From Verrucomicrobiia bacterium (GTDB taxonomy: Bacteria; Verrucomicrobiota; Verrucomicrobiia; Limisphaerales; UBA1319): DNA of 64,000 nucleotides. How positions within the stretch are numbered: the first letter of the stretch is position 1; each line of letters starts with the position of its first letter. The stretch is from NCBI GenBank assembly GCA_963664225.1, contig OY760937.1, positions 1,088,001 through 1,152,000 on the forward strand. The letters run 5' to 3'. The position numbers and the translations under genes are program-made. Positions 58,901-64,000 of this stretch are shown piece by piece. The notes under the pieces are model-generated. The model had not been told where the DNA came from, ran no database searches, and saw nothing but the letters and a program-made list of their open reading frames with translations.

Positions 58901-60676
58901 GTTCGCCAGACAGGTCTCACCGTTATCCAGCAGCGTGTCGATGGCCATGTATTTCATCCATTCGTCCACGTTGATGCGTTTTTCCATGTCCGCCACGTAA
59001 TTCGATGGGGAATGGCCATTAACGCTATTGAGCACGGCAATCAGATCGATCAGATCGGACCAATCATTCTGAAGGGTGTTGTTCTGCTTGAAATAGGTGT
59101 TGGTGTAAACCTCCTGGGCAAAGTCAGCCCCGTGCCAGGTGAGATCCGCAACGTTGTTGGCATACTGGGGATCGCTCAACGCGGCCTGACGGATGCCGCG
59201 ATAGGAATTGCCATTGGGGTCCAGAGGAAACGCGCGCTGGATAAAATCCTTGTTGTATTGTTCGTTGGCGGCGTAAGCGCCGTAGGAATTGTTATCGGGC
59301 AACCCGGAAAGACTCATGAGATTGGTCCCGTTGATGCGAACCTGAACCGCGCGCGATTCTGCCATCGGGATATCGAGACTCCGATAAACCGTGCTGCCCA
59401 GCACCTGGCTGTAACTGTATTGTGAATTAAGATTGATGCCCGTCAGACCTTTCCAGGAACGATCGCCCGGGATGTTGACATGGTAATTATTCGGATTGGA
59501 CAAACGCGTGCCATGCCCGCGATTGCGCACGCCGCAATTGTAGCGGAGCTGGAGCGTGGTGCCGCCAGTCATCACATTGTCAGAAGTAATCCAGGTCGCA
59601 TTCATCTGCGCATCGCTGTCGCCATCGGGAAAATTCCGGCCCATTTGATAAAGTTCAGCGCGTTCGTCTTCCCGCATGATCACGCGGTACACCGGCTGCG
59701 CGCCTGTGTATGAGCTGTTGTCAACTTGATAGAGCAGGTTGGCCGTGCGTGAGGAGGCGGTGGTCAGGCTATACACCGGGTAGGTGCGCGTGTTGTTCTC
59801 CTTGTCCGTTGCCTGGAGGAAAAACTCGATCACGGTCCCGTTGGCCTCTGGCGCCATAAAAGCGCCATAAATGCCGTCGCCCGCCAATCCATCCCCATGT
59901 GTCCCATCATCATACATCGCGACGGCGGTAAAAGACACGGTTCCATCCGTCCGCCAATGAAGCGTGACGGTCACGCCATCGGCGTGTTCGTCTACTATCC
60001 GCGCGCTGATCGCCACGGTATCGGTGGAATTTGGAATCGCTGGTAAATGTTGAACCTCGGTAATAATCGGCGCTGCATTTGTGCGCGCGATGGAATTGGC
60101 GCGCCCCGGTGTGCCGCCAATCTCGGAACTGCTGCCCCAGTTTAGCGCGAAGGTGTTCGGCAGCAGGGGATTGACCAGCTCGAGCGAACTGCCCTGTCCG
60201 TCATGCGGGGTGTTCCATTCCCAGCCGTAGTGTCCGTAAGTGGCAAATCCATTGGTTGTCAACACGCGCGAGGACCAGTCGCCATCATTGTAATACTGCA
60301 CCTCGCTAATCACTTGGCCCAGAACGTCTGCGAGTTGCAGATGGCTACCCATGGGGGGCGTCCATCCCGAGAGGAAATTGGTCACGCCGGGATGCTTCGC
60401 CGCAAATACGGCTCCATCCGCCGCCACCACCAGATATCCCCCGGGGCTGAGAATCGTATTCGCAGGCATGACAAAATGCACTCCTTTAGTGAACTGCCAT
60501 CCGGACAAATTCGCCGCCACTGTCCCCGGATTATACAACTCGACATAACTTTCGAGCAGGTTCTCCGAGGAGGGGTGATACATGATCTCGTTTATGACCA
60601 CGTTCTGTGCGCGGGCGATCATCGCGGATCCCACCAGGAAACCGAGACACGTTAATATTCTTAACAGTTTCTTCAT
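52952..60676 (-). CDS. Giant secreted CotH-kinase / lamin-tail-domain / beta-helix protein with C-terminal sorting-like domain
   Basis: Signal peptide; repeated lamin-tail starts (VVINEIMYHP, IRINEILA, LKINEWLA, VVLNEILA, LIVNEWMA, VVVNEVL, VVISEIMF); CotH-like GVRNRGHGT…PYDMD; Ca-binding-type DANNDGLPDAWQ/DPDHDGMTNLQEY; C-terminus NRYYRVRTP. Confidence 0.88.
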   Translation of the reverse strand: MKKLLRILTCLGFLVGSAMIARAQNVVINEIMYHPSSENLLESYVELYNPGTVAANLSGWQFTKGVHFVMPANTILSPGGYLVVAADGAVFAAKHPGVTNFLSGWTPPMGSHLQLADVLGQVISEVQYYNDGDWSSRVLTTNGFATYGHYGWEWNTPHDGQGSSLELVNPLLPNTFALNWGSSSEIGGTPGRANSIARTNAAPIITEVQHLPAIPNSTDTVAISARIVDEHADGVTVTLHWRTDGTVSFTAVAMYDDGTHGDGLAGDGIYGAFMAPEANGTVIEFFLQATDKENNTRTYPVYSLTTASSRTANLLYQVDNSSYTGAQPVYRVIMREDERAELYQMGRNFPDGDSDAQMNATWITSDNVMTGGTTLQLRYNCGVRNRGHGTRLSNPNNYHVNIPGDRSWKGLTGINLNSQYSYSQVLGSTVYRSLDIPMAESRAVQVRINGTNLMSLSGLPDNNSYGAYAANEQYNKDFIQRAFPLDPNGNSYRGIRQAALSDPQYANNVADLTWHGADFAQEVYTNTYFKQNNTLQNDWSDLIDLIAVLNSVNGHSPSNYVADMEKRINVDEWMKYMAIDTLLDNGETCLANGVGDDYALYRGAADTRFLATPYDMDTMMGRGLTPIPPRHSIFRMNALSVMNKFMKTPEFAPIYYRWLKTLADTAFRPDQMNSLLDRLFNSWVPQDKIDNMKAYNAAQVNWVLSQIPLSLSVSNALAVQSGYPHTTTGSVSLTGAANAIDTRSVKVNGIAAAWVAWEGTWSISNVPLTPGINHVLVQSLDANGIERARTYSDIWYDDGSVQTEGGAIAANTTWTAAGGPYNITSSLTVNSGSTLTIEPGTTVYLGSGVNIVVANGGRIVAEGTDTQPILFTTTPGTGVSWGGMTIDGAVGSPETRLAYVHFEGNGTTCIEVAGGTIYLDHATFGTTTHQYVALDGSSFLLSHCVFPTTTAPFELLHGTGGVKAGGRGIVRECFFGTTTGYNDIMDFTGGNRDLGQPIIQYYNNVFAGASDDILDLDGTDAWIEGNIFLHNHRNGSPDSSSAISGGADSGHTSEITAIGNIFFDCDNAATIKEGNYFTLINNTIIHATKAGGQDFDSGVVNVRDTTPSITTFGKGYYLEGNIVQDAEQLVRNYDPAQVTVTFNNNILPFAWTGPGTNNQVIAPLLTYIPKVSETFFTNWQDAQIMRDWLSLLPGSPARGTGPNGRDMGGNIPIGASISGAPKGTNNLTTATLFVGVNRTGSGIPTAGFPQGSGYVAYKWRLDGGAWSAETGIATPITVANLANGPHSVDVTGKRDSGWYQDDPALGEETIITSTGTWVVDSSWTPATTPAIRINEILAKNSAALIHAGTTPDLVEIHNYGTSTVDLSGMGLSTSSLQPYAFTFSPGTTLAAGAYLVLYGDSAFSTDGLHLGYALKQTGDSLFLHDSSIRGGGLLDTITFGQQITDHSLGRAADGTWVLCRPTFGGENIALALDDPHHLKINEWLADSMFLANNDFVELYNTATNPVALQGCYLSNAEGAPNLNRLAAFSYIDAGGYLSFVADATPAQGANHLNFKLNPNVGIILLSDALLNPIDTITYGAQSTDVSQGRSPSGSDVIVSFPQPTAGGPNAVANGGTISVTNITSQVIKLLDITNTWRYDNSGTDRGTAWREPAFADSTWPTGTGLFGRETTPLEYPYPFVTTIPAPAQANGHITVYYRTHFQWDGSLDNIVLVSTNFVDDGAVYYLNGVRSGSLRMPDVVTYATTAGDQPNEGAPEFLILTNQPVVGDNVIAVEVHQVNGSSSDDVFGMQLSAVHYTTNIITTTTEGVPVVLNEILASNESITNANGSTSDWIELANTSTNQINLAGLSLSDDPNIPRKFVFATNTLVPANGFLLLYCDSNQPASADNTGFNLSAKGTSVFLFNSATNGGGLIDAITFGLQTPDYSIGRVPDGTGTWTLNVPTPVAMNSAAGLGTAAGLIVNEWMADPASGSDWFELFNSGAQPVALGRMCFTDNLTQKTLSPVPPLSFIGSGIHGYIQFLADGSLNSGADHVNLKLSKTGETIGLFSSAETLITAVSFATQQTGVSEGRFPDGSTNVVRFATSATPGTSNYLPLNGVVVNEVLTHTDPPLEDAVEFYNDGAAPVDLSGWFLSNVQESPKKYQIPSGTSIPAHGYIVFYEYQFSPTNGSGLPFTFNSAHGDSVCLSEALPDGTMTGYRAVKSFGAGANGVSFGRHTNSIGQVDLVPMSATTFGMDHPQTVEQFRTGTGAANASPLIGPVVISEIMFFPPTFADGEDNTLDEFIELQNISTATAVLFDPAASTNTWMIKGGVGYTFQQNVSLPAGGRLLLVNIDPADPLALQAFRNRYPASADVPIYGPYTGHLGNSSDKVALYRPDAPQVAPHPDAGYVPYVLVEEVRYSGTLPWSMGAMGTGFSLQRQTLSAYGNDPANWFTAVPTPGQPNTSAPVDANNDGLPDAWQILYFGSYSNAEAAPGADPDHDGMTNLQEYLAGTNPLDPTSELSLKVARGNSLTLTFSAMAEKSYTIEFSDSLTPGSWQRLVDVPAVSGPPTRLIQITDPDTLTNRYYRVRTPQLP

Positions 60677-60737
60677 TTAAGGATTTTCAGTTTCAGACGA
60701 TGCCCGGACGGGGCGCAGACCTGATTGGTCACCATGT

Positions 60738-60753
60738 AGCAAATATCATGCCG
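60738..60753 (-). promoter_or_regulatory. Putative sigma54 (-24/-12) promoter of the CotH gene
   Basis: Minus strand CGGCATGATATTTGCT: GG-N10-GC spacing and YGGCAYR-N4-TTGCW consensus, about 60 nt upstream of the ATG, next to AT-rich DNA. Confidence 0.55.
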
Positions 60754-61155
60754 ATTTATCATTCAAAAGATTGCCAAGATGCACCATATATTAGAACGGA
60801 TTATCTTAATTACAAGGGACATTCAAAACGCAACGCCTGACTTGGTGGCCTGCAAATTTGAATGACAGTGTCAATTCATAAGGACAGACGGCCTTCCGTG
60901 AAGCTCGCCCGTAAAAATCCGTTGTCTGCCGGCATGGGCCTTCTTCAACGGCCAATCCTAGGCAACTCACCTTAACAGAACCTTACAGAAACACTCGAAA
61001 ACAGGAAAATAAAGCAAAACCGGGCTCCTCCACCGCCATTACGCCCTCTCGAGTTTCGTGTTGTATCAGGATGACGATGCCCGCCACCGTCAAAGCGACA
61101 AAACTTACAAGTCTCCCGATTCGCATCACGAGCCTTTCTCGCCAATCCGACGCTG

Positions 61156-61497
61156 TTATTTCTCTTTCTTTTCCTTCTCTTCCTGCGCCGGGGTTTCCTG
61201 TTCGACCGAGATAACATCGCCAGTGATGGCGTCCACTGCAACTTCGGTTGTGTTCTTTGAATCTGGTACTGAGATGTCGAATGACCAGATCAATTTGCCT
61301 TTCTCCTCTTCAAGTTCGCCCGACTGGAGCGTGCCGCCAGGCGCCTTGGTGAGGGCGATTTGTTGAGCTTGGTCCCGGGAGATTTTGGCCTTGGATTGCA
61401 ATTCAGCCGATGTTTTTTCGGTGGCGCAACCGCCGGACAATCCAAGAATAGCGGCCAGGAGCAAGGAGCTTTGTACGCTTAGGATCGTTTTTTTCAT
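61156..61497 (-). CDS. PepSY-domain lipoprotein
   Basis: Lipobox-like LSGGC; AKISRDQAQQIAL…ELEEEKGKLIWSFDI…EVAVDAITGDVI. Confidence 0.88.
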   Translation of the reverse strand: MKKTILSVQSSLLLAAILGLSGGCATEKTSAELQSKAKISRDQAQQIALTKAPGGTLQSGELEEEKGKLIWSFDISVPDSKNTTEVAVDAITGDVISVEQETPAQEEKEKKEK

Positions 61498-62963
61498 GGT
61501 TTTACATTAGTGTTTTTGGTTTCCGTTATTACTGAAGTTCGCATTGGTGGAGTGTTTGCACTCGGTTGTCCTATTGGCCCGATTACGGCCATGGAAAGTT
61601 CGCCCTGGTGGTTCATGGCTGCTTCCAAACGACAGCCCATCGCAGACGTCAATGCCCGCACCAGGGATAAACCCAGGCCCGAATGGCCCCGGTTTGAGCG
61701 AGCCGCGTCTTTACGCCAGAACCGCTCGCCGAGGTGGGGTAAATCCGCGATTTGGAGATGTTCGACTGGGTTGATGACCGTCAGGGTGAATTGGCCTGCC
61801 TTCGCCTCGCAATGAGCGCGAACTGTGGCGCCTGATGGCGAATATTCGATGGAGTTTTCCAAAAGGTTGCTCAAAATCATGCGCCATAGGATGGGATCGC
61901 TTTGGATGACGAACGTCGCTGACTCGTTTGCTTTGAACGCAATACCGCGGGCTGACGCCCGGGTTTCCAGCGATTGGTAGATTGTGACAATCAAATCGGA
62001 GAGGCAGATGGGTTCGAACGAGACCGGGACCGGCCCGCGCTCACTGCGGGCGATGGCGAGCAACCGGGTGAGGATGCCTTCCATTTGGATTGTGACCGCG
62101 AGGATATGGCGGTCAAAATCGGCATCGCGGGTGTCCGGCCACCTCACAGCGAGTTCCGCCAGACTCCGGATTTCGGCGAGTGGCGTGCGCATTTCGTGTG
62201 CCAGATCGGCGCTGAATTGGCGTTCGCGTTCGAACGCCGTCTGCAATCGTTCCAGCAGGTCGTTGAGGCATGTGGTGATGGGGATTAATTCTCCGGGCAA
62301 CCCTTCGTTTGAAAACCGGGTGGAAAGCGAATGGGCATCGATGCGCATTGTCTCTTCCGTCAGGAAGTGCAGTGGCGCCAATTCGCGCCGCAATAAGAGC
62401 GGCAAGGTTGCCGCAGAGAGTGCCAGCATCAGCAGTCCGCAGCCTCCCAAAACCAATGCCAGGATTTTCAAGGTGTTGTCCAATTCACGACGGTTGACGG
62501 CCATGACAAGGATGGCCTCGAACGGATCGATTATTTTGCGATTTTCATCAGCAGGCTGCGGTTGATATTTGAAACCAACAGCGCGAGCCATGGCGCCATT
62601 GGGCAAAGGCAGATCCCAGCAATCGGGTTTGGGCAGGGTGCCGTATCGCAATGGCAGGCTGTCTCCATGGAGGGATTTCGACCGGCGCAACACAGTGCCA
62701 TCGGTCCGCCAGATTTGAAATAGAGTCGTGCTTCCCTGTGCATCGAACTCCCTCATGAACTGGACAGGAAGTTCGAGCTCGATGTTGCCTTCTGTCTGTT
62801 CGAACAGCGCCGAGAGAGCCATGGCTTTGGCTTGAATGGCATCGTCGAATTGCCGGGTCAGGGCAGTACGGGCCAGTAAGTAAGCGGCGAACAAACCTGC
62901 GCTCAGCAGCAACGTCCAGCCCAGCAGTAAATGCCCGGTCAGACGATGGCGAATGGTGGTCAT
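61494..62963 (-). CDS. Sensor histidine kinase (QseC/CusS-like)
   Basis: Two TM helices, HAMP, FSADLAHEMRTPL, NLLENSIEYS, ERFWRKDAARS…GLGLSLV. Confidence 0.93.
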   Translation of the reverse strand: MTTIRHRLTGHLLLGWTLLLSAGLFAAYLLARTALTRQFDDAIQAKAMALSALFEQTEGNIELELPVQFMREFDAQGSTTLFQIWRTDGTVLRRSKSLHGDSLPLRYGTLPKPDCWDLPLPNGAMARAVGFKYQPQPADENRKIIDPFEAILVMAVNRRELDNTLKILALVLGGCGLLMLALSAATLPLLLRRELAPLHFLTEETMRIDAHSLSTRFSNEGLPGELIPITTCLNDLLERLQTAFERERQFSADLAHEMRTPLAEIRSLAELAVRWPDTRDADFDRHILAVTIQMEGILTRLLAIARSERGPVPVSFEPICLSDLIVTIYQSLETRASARGIAFKANESATFVIQSDPILWRMILSNLLENSIEYSPSGATVRAHCEAKAGQFTLTVINPVEHLQIADLPHLGERFWRKDAARSNRGHSGLGLSLVRALTSAMGCRLEAAMNHQGELSMAVIGPIGQPSANTPPMRTSVITETKNTNVKP

Positions 62964-63637
62964 GACCTGGCCACCTCCAGCACATAACCCAGACCTCGCC
63001 GGGTGTGGATGAGCGGGGCGGGATTCGGCTCGCCCAGTTTGTGCCGCAATGAAGATATCACGGATTCTATGACGTTGCTCATCGGTTCGGACTCGTCATC
63101 GTAGAGATGTTGTGCAATTTCGGTTTGGGTTACGACTTCGCCCCGCCGGAATGCGAGATACTCAAGGAGTTGATATTCACGCGGCTTGAGTCTCACAGCC
63201 TGACCTGCGCGCCAGACCCGCTTGCCACTCGTGTCGATCTCCAGATCGGAGATTTTTAGATTTGTTCCTTTATTGCCATACGCGCGTCGGCAAAGCGCTT
63301 CCACGCGGGCGAGCAATTCCTCCAATGCAAAGGGTTTGATCAGGTAATCGTCAGCGCCTGATCGCAGTCCCTGGACGCGATCCTGAATCGAATCACGGGC
63401 GGTTAACAACAATACGTGAGTGAGTTTGCCACATTCCCGTAATCGCTGCAGGACCGACAAACCATCGAGCTTGGGCAGCATGATATCGAGTATGATCACG
63501 TCATAATCGATGGTTTTGGCCCGCCAAAGGCCGTCCTCACCGTCAACCGAGACATCGACCGCATAGCCGGTCCGCCTCAAGGCAGTGCCCAATGTTTGCT
63601 GGAGCAGAAGTGAATCTTCCACCAATAATACGCGCAT
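62960..63637 (-). CDS. OmpR-family response regulator
   Basis: MRVLLVED, ILDIMLPKLDG, LLTARD, GADDYLIKPF, IHTRRGLGY. Confidence 0.95.
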   Translation of the reverse strand: MRVLLVEDSLLLQQTLGTALRRTGYAVDVSVDGEDGLWRAKTIDYDVIILDIMLPKLDGLSVLQRLRECGKLTHVLLLTARDSIQDRVQGLRSGADDYLIKPFALEELLARVEALCRRAYGNKGTNLKISDLEIDTSGKRVWRAGQAVRLKPREYQLLEYLAFRRGEVVTQTEIAQHLYDDESEPMSNVIESVISSLRHKLGEPNPAPLIHTRRGLGYVLEVARS

Positions 63638-64000
63638 AATGACAGACCCAATTCAATCGCATTCTCTGACAAGCGCAACCAGGCGCGATCTGATGGGCGC
63701 GAAACTAACAGAGGTCACCTTATCGCACGCTGAACGCCGGGTCACGCGGAAGAATCATTTGGTTTGCGCAAAATTGAATTCTTCAGCCGTAATGATAACT
63801 CGGCCCAAGCGATGATTGACGCAAAATGCACCTCCAGGGGGCATTGGGTGCTTCAAATTGCATTGCGTTCGCGATACTTTTTGCGTAGATCGTTGAGCCG
63901 GTCCGGATTCAGGTATTTTCGAGCGCCGTGGTCTGGATGGCTCGAGGCCGTCGAAGTCATTGGTGTGGTTTTGAAAGCAGATGAAATAGGTTTCCATTAA

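Noticed and set aside
63640..64000. Short ORFs at the right edge
   Set aside because: No recognisable homology in any frame. Could be intergenic or a decayed gene, and cannot be judged without flanking sequence.

Overview
A GC-rich bacterial chromosomal segment. Gene content (PEP-CTERM protein, DUF1559-type prepilin, CotH/lamin-tail giant protein, DUF1080/ThuA, DUF2851, HpnI) points to a Verrucomicrobiota (Pedosphaera-like) or other PVC organism; this is an inference. It holds about 35 CDS. Housekeeping genes: alaS, htpG, a UvrD/PcrA helicase, a PfkB kinase. Other genes: two giant secreted proteins (5'-truncated S8 protease; CotH kinase with lamin-tail domains), a GldA/F/G-like ABC-DUF4340-AsmA operon, an acyl-CoA dehydrogenase/ETF-QO pair, sugar-catabolism genes, an ECF sigma/anti-sigma module and two-component genes. 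I saw no rRNA, tRNA or CRISPR array. Most notable: (1) a 1738-bp IS with 15-bp terminal inverted repeats that has duplicated a whole 21-bp REP hairpin, and whose DDE transposase appears fused to an AbrB-like ORF by a -1 frameshift; (2) a cobalamin riboswitch heading a PEP-CTERM / secreted protein / prepilin operon with no btuB, a candidate new B12-capture system; (3) a shared C-terminal sorting-like domain on three unrelated secreted proteins; (4) strong directional enrichment of the dipeptide Thr-Asn in exported proteins. Family assignments come from motif recognition by eye, not database searches.
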